Assembly (NCBI RefSeq): GCF_011386835.1
Contig: NC_088803.1
Span: 11,780,001-11,844,000, forward strand
Length of the DNA stretch: 64,000 nt
DNA from: Chrysemys picta bellii
Taxonomy: Eukaryota
Direction: 5' to 3'
Shown here: piece by piece, positions 21,406 to 34,158 of the stretch
Position numbering within the stretch: position 1 is the stretch's first letter
How the letters are laid out: every line of letters starts with the position of its first letter
Position numbers and translations under genes: made by a program
The notes under the pieces: model-generated
Database searches by the model: none
What the model was told of the DNA's origin: nothing
What the model saw: only the letters and a program-made list of their open reading frames with translations

Positions 21406-24400
21406 TGTAGTTCATTTTCTCATTCTGTTATTTGGTATTATAGTTAATTCATATGCTATTTCATATATAGTTAATGTATGTTAATTAGATTTAAATAGTA
21501 GGATTATAGCAGTATAGAATGTAAAAGTATTTTGGATGATGAGTGTGTATTAGATATATAAGTAAAGCATGGCTAGAAGATTTTAGCTGAGCCAGACTAG
21601 GCAATAGGCTTAAGAATGCTTGATATGGGTGGATGACATAGGAATAGCCCTATGCCAGTAAGGTCACAAGATTATTGTAAAAAATGTGCCATTTGGTGAT
21701 GTTACGGAAAAATAGATTGCAATAGACCACAACGTACTGCCCAAGATTATGAGACACTTGATTGTAAAATGAAATATCCTGTCCTGACAGCAGGGTACAT
21801 GTTGTATGTAGATGATAATAAGTGTAGTAGACTCATAGACTCATAGACTCTAAGGTCAGAAGGGACCATTATGATCATCTAGTCTGACCTCCCGCATGAT
21901 GCGGGCCTCAAAAGCTGACCCACCCACTCCTGGAAGAATTTTCTCCCTTGACTCAGCTGTTGAAGTCCCTAAATCATGATTTAAAGACTTCAAATCACTG
22001 AGAATCCTCCAGCCAGCGACCCCCGCCCCATGCTGCTGAGGAAGGCGAAAAACCTCCAGGGCCTCTGCCAATCTACCCTGGAGGAAAATTCCTTCCCGAC
22101 CCCAAATATGGCGATCAGCTGAACCCCGAGCATGTGGGCAAGATTCTCTAGCCAGACCCTCTGGAAAAAGTTCTCTGTAGTAACTTTTAATATCCCATCA
22201 TTGACCATTGTTGCTAATTACCAGCGATGGCACGTTATTGACCTATTGACTAAAATCACTTTATCCCATCAAACCATCCCCTCCATAAACTTATCAAGCT
22301 TAATCTTAAAGCCAGAGAGGTCTTTTGCCCCCACTGTTTCCCTCGGAAGGCTGTTCCAAAACTTCACCCCTCTGATGGTTAGAAACCTTCGTCTAATTTC
22401 AAGCCTAAACTTCCCGACGGCCAGTTTATATCCATTCGTTCTCATGTCCACATTAGTACTGATCTGAAATAATTCCTCTCCTTCCCTGGTATTTATCCCT
22501 CTGATATATTTAAAGAGAGCAATCATATCCCCCCTCAGCCTTCTTTTGGTTAAGGTAAACAAACCGAGCTCCTCGAGTCTCCTTTCATACGACATATTTT
22601 CCATTCCTCGGATCATCCTAGTGGCCCTTCGCTGTACTCGTTCCAGTTTGATTTCATCCTTTTTAAACATGGGAGACCACAACTGCACAGAGTACTCCAA
22701 ATGAGGTCTCACCAGTGCCTTGTATAACGGAACCAGCGCCTCCTTATCCCTACTAGAAATACCTCGCCTAATGCATCCCAAGACCGCATTAGCTTTTTTC
22801 ACAGCCACGTCACATTGCCGACTCATAGCCAACCTGCTATTAACCAGGACTCCGAGGTCCTTCTCCTCTTCCATTACCTCCAACTGATGCGTCCCTAGCT
22901 TATAACTAAAATTCTTGTTATTTATCCCTAAATGCATAACCTTACACTACTCACTATTAAATTTCATCCTATTACTATTACTCCAGTTTACAAGGTCATC
23001 CAAATCTCCCTGCAGGATATCCCGATCCTTCTCCGAATTGGCAATACCTCCCAACTTTGTGTCATCCGCAAACTTTATCAGCCCACTCATACATTCGGTT
23101 CCGAGGTCAGTAACAAATAGATTAAATAAAATCGGACCCAAAACCGAACCTTGAGGAACTCCACTAGTAACCTCCCTCCATCCTGACAGTTCACCTTTTA
23201 GTATGACCCGCTGCAGTCTCTCCTTTAACCAGTTATTTATCCACCTCTGGATTTTCATATCGATCCCCATCTTTTCCAATTTAATCAATAATTCCTCATG
23301 CGGTACCGTATCAAACGCTTTACTGAAATCGAGGTATATTAGATCCAACGCATTTCCTTTATCTAAATAATCAGTTACTTTCTCAAAGAAGGAGATCAGG
23401 TTGGTTTGGCACGATCTACCTTTCGTAAAATCGTGTTGTAATTTGTTCCAATTGGCATTGTCCTCAAGGTCCTTAACTACTTTCTCCTTCAAAATTTTTT
23501 CCAAGACCTTGCATATTACAGATGTTAAACTAACAGGCCTGTTGTTACCCAGGTCACTTTTTTTTCCCCTTCTTGAAAATAGGAACCACATTAGCTATTC
23601 TCCAGTCAAACGGTACCACCCCCAAGTTTACAGATTCATTAAAAATTATCGCTAACGGGCTTTCAATTTCTCACGCCAGTTCCTTTAATATTCTCGGATG
23701 AAGATCATCCGGTCCGCCCGATTTAGTCCTGTTAAGCTGTTCGAGTTTGGCTTCTACCTCGGATACGGTAATGCCAATCCCCACTTCTTTATTCCCATCC
23801 ATCTCGCTTCTACTATTCCTCAGCCTTTCATTAGCCTCATTAAATACCGATGCAAAATATTCATTTAGATATTGTGCCATGCCTAGATTATCCTTAATCT
23901 CCACTCCATCTTCAGTCTTAAGCGGTCCCACTTCTTCTTTCTTTGTTTTCTTCCTATTTATATGGCTATAAAAGTTCTTGCTATTGGTTTTAATTCCCCT
24001 TGCAAGGTCCAACGCTACACGGCTTTTGGCTTTTCTCACTCCATCTCTACATGCTCTGACCTCAATAAGGTAGGTTTCTTTGCTGATCCCTCCCATCTTC
24101 CACTCCCTGTACGCTTTCTGTTTTTTCTCAATGACCCCTCTGAGACACTTGCTCGTCCAGCCCTTTCTAAATCTCCTGCCTGCGAACCGTTTTCCCTTTC
24201 TCGGGATACAGGCCTCCGACAGCTCCTGCAACCTCAACTTGAAATAATCCCAGGCTCCTTCTGCCTTTAGATCCCTAAATATGTTAGTCCAATCCACTTC
24301 CCTAACTAGTCCCCTTAATTTATTAAAGTTAGCCCTTTTGAAATCGTAAACCTTAGTCTCCGATTTAATTCTGTTAATCTTTCCATTTAGTTTAAACTGA

Positions 24401-25191
24401 ATTAGCTCATGATCACTTGAGCCAAGGTTGTCCCCTATAACCATTTCCTCAACCTGAGACATAAGGCCTTGTATCAGCGGCTCAGGTGAGGCCTAAGGCC
24501 TGAACTAAAGTAGTGGTCCTGCTTTGCTGATATAAAGCAAAGAAGCACAGTTAGCAGAAGTCAGGCCCTGGCTGCTTGTAAGCTCACAGCACAGCGCTGG
24601 TATTATAAAAACACACACATTCCCAAGAAGTGCTAGGCACAGGACAATCCAGCAAATACATTCCAGAAGGGTGGTACCGGAACACCGCAATACCAAGTAT
24701 GGTACAAACCTCTCCCCCCCCCAAGGTGATAAGAACACACTGGACGATTCTCAAGATAAGGTCAGGATGACAGAGTGATGGATACAGATGTTTTGATCGA
24801 ATCAGCATGTACTATGTAATGGGTGGTAACTAACGACATCAAAGGGTGGTAACTAACCAAGTCAGAGGGCCGATATGTAATTTGTTAGTATTGGTGTATA
24901 AAATGGAGTCTCAAAGGGAGTGTCTTTGGCCAGAATAGGGGGCAGTGGAAAGTCCCTCTACTGACTGAGTTGTGTCCATTGTCATGGGCATACATGTGTA
25001 CCTGTAACCATTGAGCCAGGGCATTAGGACCTTGCTACATTTACAATAAACCTGACTGAGTGCCTTTGCAATTGAAATAGGTCTTGTGGTATCACTGGGT
25101 GTAATGATTGAGGTCTGCTTGGCCAATTATCTGCACAGAGCTGGGACAGCACACACAGAGAGAACACACACATTCAGCCAAGATCTAACCA
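21406..25191 (+). mobile_element. ERV-type LTR (about 1.15 kb) split by a CR1 insertion
   Basis: Starts TGTAGTTCATTTT. The halves 21406-21830 and 24453-25191 join into the uninterrupted copies at 34159 and 42709. AATAAA near 25045. No TSD recognised. Confidence 0.75.
21831..24452 (-). mobile_element. Young 5'-truncated CR1 LINE, about 2.6 kb
   Basis: (ACTCATAG)n terminus. ORF2 is in three long frames (23671-24462, 22947-23591, 22269-22937) with YLDFSKAFDTV, SGVPQGSVLGP, KFADDTKL. Many CpGs are retained. Confidence 0.97.
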
Positions 25192-27464
25192 CATTAAAAA
25201 AAAAAGACAAACTAAGAAACAACCTATGGGGTGTGGAAATACAGATAAGGAAAAGTGGGTATATGCAGAAGGTGTTAGGTGTGGTCAGAAGAACAATATA
25301 AAAGAGGCTCCCTGGTTGGGTAAAAGTGGGAAGACTCCATAGGATGACCCCAAGGGAAACCCCAGCAGGAACCTGTTAAGAGACACATCAGACCCTACAA
25401 TATTTTTGAGGATGTGAGTATGACTACAGTCACAGACATGGCATGGGTTTTATGCATGTTGAAGGTATAATCATAGGTGGCCTATCTGGATGCTCCAGTC
25501 AAGTGGGAAAAGCCAGTTGGAGCACAGAGAAGATTTAACACCTGGGCCCTCTATCAAAGACATCATTGAGCAATATGGTAGCTGTGTCCAGACATACACA
25601 AGCAGGGTGAGGGCTTTCAAAAAACCTGGTTTTCCCTGCAAGAGGGAGACAGAGTCATGGAGAGAAACTGAGGCTAGGCTGGATACCAGGAATTTCTTGG
25701 CTTCCTAAGAGGATGTGAGTTTGGTTCACATCTTATCCTATGACTGAAGATGGAAAACCATCAAGATTGACTTGTAGAGAAGCTTTCATTTAGATGAGAC
25801 TGAATACAATTTCATAGAGTTTAAGGCCAGGACATGGCAGAGTCAATCAATTTTTTTCCCATAGGGCCATGGGGGTCAAATGCACCCCCTGTGTAACTCC
25901 ACAGAGATAAACAAACTAACAACATGGATGAGTCTAGCCCTTTCAGTTGAGTTATTTCCTCCAGAATCTACTCCCATGCCCATTAAGGATAATCAGAGCA
26001 TCATAACCTCATAGGTGGCTCCTCAAGGAATTTCCACATGGTCTGTTTGTTTTAGGAGCTATTGATAACTGCTTTCCTGAGCTGAAGGGATGTTCCTTGT
26101 ATGCTATGCAGAAGCAGAAGCAATGACAGTGCCCCAAGCTATCCTAAGAATAAACAAAATTTCCTGTCATCAGTCCCACACTGGGCAATGGGAAGCAAAT
26201 GAGATCTCATTTCACACCATGGGACTATTGCAGGGAGCTCAGTGTAGACAGGAAGTAGCTGGCTCAGGGCACAGGGAATGAGGTAGATTCCTTCATCTTT
26301 AGGGATCTTCTTCAAGCAAGTGAGTAGCCTGCAGCAGCTGTACCCTTTATGACTGCTGAGAAAAGAGCGGTTGAGATTTCTCCAGGTCCTGGACAAGGAA
26401 CCACAGCACACACACCCCAACCAATCCTATTGAGCTAATTGGCTTATTTTGGGGACTGAAGGCCCAACCCTAACCTAGAAACACAATCTCCAAGCAGGGG
26501 ATTCAGTTTCCATCTAAGCCATTGGCTTCTCTTTGAATAATGCAACTCTCCTGGTTCAGGACACCTGTGTTCCCCCTCTGTGGTCCACCAAGGGCAGCCA
26601 TGCTAAGTTCTCAACTAATCAGCCATCATTTCTCTTTGGCAGAGACCCATGTCTTTCTCCCTCCTGAACGGGTTTTTGCACAGTTCCCTGCCTACGGTGT
26701 GATAACACCAGCAAGCCAGGCCATGTGAAAGGCCAGTGTCTCCTTTGCTGTCTCTTTGAAGGCTATGGACCACTGTAAAATGCGAGTGCCAAGTGTGTTT
26801 GGTGTCTACAGGATTCAGCAGCAGCTGAGCAGGGATTTCTTGAATACCAGTGGAACCTGATTCTGGCATTTAGGCACTTAAGTCCCTTCTTGCTCTCGTT
26901 TCAAGTAGAGGCAAAGGTAGTCTTACATTTCAGACAGGCGAATTGCAAGCTTGAGTCTCTGATGTTAACCCTTCCATCAGGATTTCAGGCCCAGGAGACG
27001 GTCTTCAGTCAAATAATTGAATTATTTCAGTAAAGGTCTCCCCTTTGTGTCAGCCATCTTGTTTTCATTGTGAAATTGTATCACCTTTGAGTTCCTCATG
27101 AAATGAAAGGAAATATAACACCTTTGAAATTTTGTGAACATTCTTCTAATCTTTATATATCTGCTTTTCAATAAATGGATTCATTAGTTGTTTTCTAGAA
27201 AGCTAAAACAGGGTAGAGATGACAAACAGGTTACTCTCTAGTTATCTATGTGTGGTGAAGCAGTAGAGAGACTGTAGTGAAGGTTGGGTCAAGGTTTTCA
27301 GTTGAACAAGAGTCATTCCCCTTGCTCCATTCTATGTCCATGTGATTATCTAGGACATTACACTTAGAATGTATCACGTCCTTTGGTCTTTTTCTGGTGC
27401 ATAATAACTTTAACCAGTTTGTTTCCTTCTTCTTTCTTTCCCATATCATCCCTCCACAGACTGT

Positions 27465-27780
27465 ATGCTAGTATTTGAACCCCATCTTTATACTCCAGTC
27501 TATTTCTTCCAGGTTAACCGATCCTTCTTAGACCCTTTTTACTCCTCTGTCACCCTCCCCAAACTCATGGCTAACGCTTTCATCAACACCAGATTGATCT
27601 CTTTCTCTGGATGTGTTGAACAAAACTATATAGTTGTCACTTTCGTTGCTACAGAGAGGAATCTTCTTTCTTTTCATACAGCAATGGCATATGTCTGCTA
27701 TGTTGCCATATCCAACCCTCTGCCTTAGAGGGCTATCATGAACAGGGGCAAATGTGCCTAGATGTCAGCTGGTTCTTGGA
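27465..27780 (+). pseudogene. OR14-like pseudogene fragment (start deleted, truncated at TM4)
   Basis: VTLPKLMANAFINTRLISFSGCV...AMAYVCYVAISNPL. About 190 bp present in the 35699 and 44250 copies is missing here. Confidence 0.85.
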
Positions 27781-28289
27781 GTCAGTTAGGGGAGAGGAAA
27801 GGGCAGCTGTACTGTATAATGGGCACTAGGGGCAGCAGAGGGTTTGGGATTCACTGCACATTAAGGGATTAGGCCTTTTGAAAATGCTACTAGATGCCTA
27901 TTTGCATCTGTAGATGCCCAAATATCTTTAAACATTTGTCCCATAACACTCATTGAAAGTCAATGTGACTTAGGCACCTAACTCACTTACACACTTTTGT
28001 AAATCCCCTGAGATACCAATGTCCATCTGTCAGTGCCTAATACCTTTGGAAATCTGCCCTTTTTCTCTTTCTACCTGAATTATCTGTGTTTAAATTGAGG
28101 ATAATACTCTTCTCTACCTCTCACAGCAGCTCGGAGGATAAATACTTTTAAGTTTTTGGGATTCTCAGAGACTTTGTTGATGGGGGACAGGTAATGGTGA
28201 CATAGACAGGACAATGGAGTGTATCTCATCAAACTTGTGAAGAGACTGAAGTCAAGCGTTTTACTGTCTGCATGATTTTCCTTTGAGAT

Positions 28290-28570
28290 TAGATGTTCTC
28301 CATCATTAAACTTGTTTGTACAGTCTGATGGATTTCTGATAAATGGTCCCTTCCCACAGTTTAAAATTCCCAGCTGCAGAAATGCCCAGGGAGATCTCAT
28401 CCTCTCACAGAAAGGATAATTTATCCCAGATAAATATTGAATCGAGAGAGTCTTTTGCACTTTCATAAAAAAACACAAGGCAGAATATGCCATCCAGATC
28501 AACAGATCTGAGAACACCGTGAGGAAGAACCCAGTCTCTATATCCATGGTGCCTTATATCCTAGGTGAGT
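28290..28570 (+). promoter_or_regulatory. Candidate promoter and first-exon donor of the OR at 31462
   Basis: TAATGA (minus strand, 28303-28308), O/E-like GCCCAGGGAG (28384-28393) and a canonical donor TAG|GTGAGT at 28564/28565. All three recur in the copies at 36828-37101 and 45650-45917. Confidence 0.45.
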
Positions 28571-31461
28571 GCTCTCACTGCTACCATAAAACTTATGAGG
28601 GAGCTACTTCTGGTCAGAAGAAATCTGTGACTCTAAAGAGGGTTCACAGCTGAGAATACAAAGCCCAGACCAGTGTTTTTATCCAGTCCAGACTGAGGCA
28701 TCCAACTCCCTAAGAGTGCTCGGGACACACTACACCTCTCCTTGATATCTTAGGTGGCTCCCCGCTGAGCGAGCTGGCTTTTGTGAATCCCATTTTGAGG
28801 TGCCTATCTCTCCCACCATTCATTCTATAGAATGCCTGGCTGCTAAATTCAGGTTTTGTGAATCCCAGTGATTTTCTAGGTGCCTATGTCCCTTTGTGGT
28901 TTTCTGGTTTGAAGAATCAGAGAAGATGAAACACAGGCCAGTCCATCTTCATTCTCTCCCCACTGCAGGATTTTCCCTCATAGAATGTTATCAGCTATGT
29001 TTATTGAGATATATTACAGACACTCTCTGTCTCTCTCTCTTCTCATATACTCTCTCTGTTTCTCATTTAGACCCTCTGCTGACCTGGGAATATTGGATGT
29101 ATGTAGTGATAGATGAATGTAGCTCACTCTAAATGTACAAAGAGTTCAGGGAGCATGAGTTAATATTGAATCTCCTCTCACTGCTTTCTTGTTAATTTAA
29201 TTGAAATGTTTGGAAGATGCAAGCCTGGAAAACTAATATTTAAGATGAAGATGTTTTGACATCCATTCCTGGGATAGAGTCCAGTATACATGGGATGTTC
29301 TAGAAGTTTTGACTTGAGATTGGTTAGTTATAGACACTGAAAAAGTCCTATTTCTTACTCAACATTTTATTCCTGGGATAGTTTCTTTTTGTGATTTGGG
29401 GTCATCTCTTTTTTTCAAGAAGTTCACATATTGAACATTAGATCACGTCAAACATATTATAATTTCTACCAAAAATGTCAAAGGAAATTAATATTGTTTT
29501 TCTCAACACCTTTCCCTGAATTTTTCTTGTATTTTTTTTTAAATCAGAATGAATACCCACCAAAGGAATAGTTGTGGTTCTCAATAAACCCAAAACATCA
29601 TTTTACATTTTTAGAACGCTGGAAAAAATTGGTATTTTTTTTTAATTTTTCAAAGGAAATTTTAACAATTTCAGTGATAATCAATATTCTCCATTTAATA
29701 AGGAAGCCAATTTTCATCACAGTACAGAACAAAGAAACACAAAAAGTTCAACAAACCTTTTTAGTTTCCCAATTCATAGTTACATTTAATACACCTGTTA
29801 GAATCTGCAATGAAATGCAGAGCAACCTGGCCACCAGGAATTTACACAGGGTTTTAGGCAAGATATTTCAGAATATTTGGAAAGTCTGTGGGCTAGAGGA
29901 TTTAATGGGAGAACTCACCTTTGTGTAATTTCTGAGTTGGGTGTACTATGAAACAAATCACATTAAGGCACATAAGTGCTTTTGAAAATCCCACTAGATG
30001 CCTAAGTACCTTTCAGAATCAGGCCATTAGACTTTTGAAAATGTTACCCTTTCTGCCCAAACCCCTTATGCTTCTTTGAAAATCCCAGACTAAGTAAGCA
30101 AGTGTGATTTATCTTCTTGGTCCATAGGACTCTCACAGAAGAATCTCATGCTAAATGAAAAATAAGGCAATAAGAAAGCATCTTTCTCAGCTGAGGTGTA
30201 TATAATCTTGATGCCAGCTGATGAGCTTCAGTTATAATGAAACTGTTTCCAGATTCAGAAGTATTCAACTAGAAGTATGCGATTCAAACGTCAGGAACTT
30301 GACCTTTAAGGATGATAGACATGTTTTTATATTTTTGTTAGCTTCACGGGTATACTATTATATATTTTTATGTGTAGGCTGAATGAGGAATTGGAAAGTC
30401 AGGAAATCTTATAAAAGTAGACTAAGTAGAAGTGAGGGAGGTATCTTCCATTATAGAGAATGGTTTAAATCTTGACTGTCTCATGTTTCAATTCACTGGG
30501 CCAGATATCCAATGCAAGTGCAGTCAAGGGGTCAGATCTTCACCTCGAGTAAACTGGTGTAGCTCTGGAAAGTTATTGCAGCTCTGCTGATATAAAACAG
30601 TTTGAAGATATGGGGCCAGATTTTCAAAGGAGTTTATGAGCGCCTTAAGATGCATATAGGTTCATAGTACAATTTTCAAAAGGTCCCGAGTAGGCTGGGC
30701 ACAAGAAAGCTCATCTAGCTTTGAAAGCTCCACTAAAGGGCTAGAATCACAAAGGCTTGTTGATATTGTCAATGTGCCTAAATTTTAGGCATCTAGAAAA
30801 CCACTGGGATGGTCTGCTCTGGTGTGGGGCAGAAACGTAGCCACCTGGGGGACTTTTACAACCAAAAATTAGGCGCTGAACAAGTTTAGGCATCTTCGGG
30901 TTTGGGGGGCTTCTGAGTGGCGATTTTGTGAATTCCAGTGGGGCCTGATAATGGGATTTCGGTGCCTAAAGTGGCAGTTAGGCAGCTGAATCCTGTTGTG
31001 ACTCCAGTCCTAGGCAGCTACCTAAATAACTTTGAAAATCAGGCCCTGGTTGCTTAAGAAAGAAAGTTGTCTGTCAGTTTTCAGTAACTCAGAAGGGATT
31101 TGGATTCTTTCCAAACAAGTGTATGGGAATAGTTGGGAAAACATGGTGTGTGCATGATACCAATGAGATCAGAATTAGATTTGGAAGAAATGGAGATGGC
31201 ACCAGTTGTGTCAACCAGGTTTGTGGCTAATGAAATGTCAAGTCACTTTTAAGCTACCATCAGATGCCTCAAGCATCAGCAATACCAAAAACATGCATGT
31301 TCATTATCTCAGCTATCAGCTGAAACATACCGCCAGTAATCAGCAGGAAAAGGAGAGTTTAAATTATCTTTATAAATTATAATGATTGACTCTGTATTAA
31401 TTTTCTAACTTCATCAAGTACAATTGTAGAGCTTTTGTTTAATTTTCTGTAGGGACTGTTC

Positions 31462-32421
31462 ATGGAAAACAGAGACAGGAGAAATCAATCAGTGACGGAA
31501 TTCAGCCTTCTGGGATTCGGGAATCTCCCTGAACTGCAGACCCTTCTCTTCCTGGTGTTTCTAGTGATCTACATTGCGACCATGGCCGGGAACATCCTCA
31601 TCGCAGCACTAGTTGTGGCTGATCAGCACCTTCATACCCCCATGTATTTTTTCCTTGGGAACTTGTCTTGTTTAGAGACCTGCTACAGCTCCACTGTCCT
31701 GCCTAGAATGCTGGCCAGTCTCCTGTCTGGGGACAGAACCATTTCTGTTAGCAGCTGCATCATACAATTTTATTTCTTTGGTGCTCTGGTGGGTACAGAG
31801 TGTTTCCTCTTATCCATGATGTCATATGATCGGTATTTAGCGATATGCAAACCACTGCATTATACAGTCCTCATGAATGATAGGTTCTGTCTCCAGCTAA
31901 CTGTTGGATCTTGGATGAGTGGGTTTCTGGCTATGATCATAATAATAATATTGATGTCACAGTTAACTTTTTGTGGTCCAACAGAAATAAACAGTTTCTT
32001 TTGTGATTTCATCCCAGTAATAAAACTCTCCTGCAGTGATCTCCATGTGCTGAAGGTGGTTGCTTTCATATGCTCTTCAATATTCTCAGTGATTCCATTC
32101 ATTTTAACTCTGACATCCTACATTTGCATCATCATCACCATCCTCAGAATCCCTTCCACCACTGGGAAGCAAAAGGCATTTTCCACCTGCTCTTCGCACC
32201 TCATCGTTGTTACCATTTACTATGGGACACTAATCATTGCCTATATGTTACCAAAAACTGATACGTTGAGAAACCTGAATAAAGTATTCTCTGTCTTCTA
32301 CACTGTCATTACACCTTTGCTCAACCCCCTCATCTACAGCCTGAGAAACAAAGAAGTCAAGGAGGCCCTCAGAAAAGCTCTAAGTAAATGTGTGGCTTTT
32401 GCAAGAGTCATGGAAATGTAG
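31462..32421 (+). CDS. Olfactory receptor, family 11/6-like, 319 aa, intact
   Basis: LHTPMYFFLGNLSCLETCY, MSYDRYLAIC, KAFSTCSSHL, NPLIYSLRNKEV. Acceptor TTTTCTGTAG lies 9 nt before the ATG. Confidence 0.93.
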   Translation: MENRDRRNQSVTEFSLLGFGNLPELQTLLFLVFLVIYIATMAGNILIAALVVADQHLHTPMYFFLGNLSCLETCYSSTVLPRMLASLLSGDRTISVSSCIIQFYFFGALVGTECFLLSMMSYDRYLAICKPLHYTVLMNDRFCLQLTVGSWMSGFLAMIIIIILMSQLTFCGPTEINSFFCDFIPVIKLSCSDLHVLKVVAFICSSIFSVIPFILTLTSYICIIITILRIPSTTGKQKAFSTCSSHLIVVTIYYGTLIIAYMLPKTDTLRNLNKVFSVFYTVITPLLNPLIYSLRNKEVKEALRKALSKCVAFARVMEM

Positions 32422-32885
32422 GGTTGGAAGGGACCTTGAGAGGTCATCTCGTCCAACCACCTGCACTGAGGCAGGAACAAATAAACCTAGACCATCCCTG
32501 AGACGGGTTTGACCAGTCTGTTGTTAAAAATCTCCAGTGACTGGGATTCCACAACCTCTGTTGGAAGCTTGTTCCAGACCTTAACTAGCATTATAGATAG
32601 AATCTTTTTCTTCTATCTCACCTAAATCCCTTGCTGCAGATGAAGCCAGTTCCTTTTTGTCCTACCTTCTGTGCACATGGAGAACAATTGATCACGCTCC
32701 TTGTTAGACCAGACCTTAACATATTTGCGGACAGTCATCAGATTTCCCCTTCAGTCTTTTTTCTCAATACTAAATATGCCCAGTTTTTTTTAAGCTTTCC
32801 TCACACATCAGGTTTTCTAAAGCTTTCATCATTTTTGTTGCTCTCCTTTGGACTCTGCATTTTGTCCGCAGCCTTCCTGAAATTC
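32408..32885 (-). mobile_element. CR1 3' fragment overlapping the OR stop codon
   Basis: TCATGGAAATGTAGGGTTGGAAGGGACCTTGAGAGGTCATCT.GTCCAACC is the reverse-oriented CR1 3' end, as at 15620-15660 and 57313-57360. Confidence 0.85.
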
Positions 32886-33246
32886 ATATAGTCCAAGTTA
32901 ATGTTTTTAAGGTAAAATAAAATGTGAAATTATTGTTATGTGGGATTGTCTTTTGTTATTTGAATATTACTTATTCATGCGAGTGGTCCTATTGAAGTCA
33001 ACAATACTAGGCATGTGAATACAGGTTGTAACTGGAATTTCTCAAAGGTAGCTCAATGCGTTGTTTCAAAGAAAGTTAAATGGGATTTTTTTATCTCTAG
33101 ACACCCTTAAAAGTCCCAATGTCCACACACAAAAACCTGTAGAGATGATGGATTAGGGGGCAGAGTGCAGAGCGGGAAGCCAACGGGGCATGTTAAATTA
33201 ACTGATCATATGGCTTTGAATTTTATCCCACAAGTGTAATCTCTAC

Positions 33247-34135
33247 TGTTAGGATATAGATATTCAGGCCTGTCTCTAAAGGCGTATATTTTAAGAATTT
33301 CGGTACATGTTTCTCACATAGCTAGTTATAGAAGTATAAAGGAAAGAATCAGAATCACTGTCTGCCTGTGTAAGGGCCTTCTCTCACTGTGACAGTCTGA
33401 GGCCCTGTTCTTAAACTAAGGCCTTTGGCTAAGCAGCAGAGGCAGCCATAAACTGGGAAGGCTATGGTCACATCCTCACATTCCAAAGTAATCACTTGAA
33501 ATAAGGCAATCTGGGGCTGTTAGAAAGGTGATCCGATCTATCACCTCCAGAGGAAGGGAAAAGCCTAAAAAATTTAAAGAAAACTGATAGCATCCTGTCT
33601 GTCAAGAACTCACTTATCAACAGCTGGGGTGTAAAATCCTCATTTCTTTGTTGTTCTATCACTGTAGTCCCCACTTACCTATTGTTTGTCTGTATAATCT
33701 CTGTCTGGTTCTGTGATTGTTTCTGTCTGCTGTATAATTAATTTTGTTGCGTGTAAATCAATTAAGGCGGTGGAATATAATTGGTTAAATAATTATGTTA
33801 AAATATGTTAGAATTGATTAATTAAATTTCAGTAAAATGATTGGTTAAGGTACAGGTATGCAGAACTCAAGTTTTACTATATAGTCTGCAGTCAGTCAGG
33901 AAGTAGGGAGGGAATTGGAAGCATGTTTTGCTAAGAGGGGGAATGGGAACAGGGACACAGGCAAGGCTCTGTGGTTTTAGAGTTGGGAAGGAAGAAAATT
34001 AAAATCATTGCTTGCTGAAACTTCACCCCAATAAACATCAAATTGTTTGCACCTTCGAACTTCGGGTATTGTTGCTCTCTATTTATGCAAGAAGAACCAG
34101 GGATGTAGAAGGGTAAAGAAATAAGACCTCTAACA
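33247..34135 (+). mobile_element. Solo LTR with a 5-bp TSD
   Basis: TGTTAGG...CTAACA flanked by TCTAC/TCTAC. AATAAA near 34030. Confidence 0.85.
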
Positions 34136-34158
34136 TCTACCCATGGGTGTCACCAGGC

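Noticed and set aside
29572-29928. 118-aa ORF repeated at 38114-38467
   Set aside because: It begins at a non-ATG codon in AT-rich repeat-derived intronic DNA. Its recurrence is explained by the recent duplication, and it is not preserved in the third copy.
27860-31050. Palindromic GGCC..ATTTTCAAA...TTTTGAAAAT..GGCC blocks, also at 21230-21372 and 53700-53980
   Set aside because: They resemble abundant turtle interspersed MITE-like repeats. Boundaries could not be fixed and there is no evidence for a locus-specific structure.
32631-32891. 86-aa ORF repeated at 41167-41427
   Set aside because: It is the antisense reading of a CR1 fragment.
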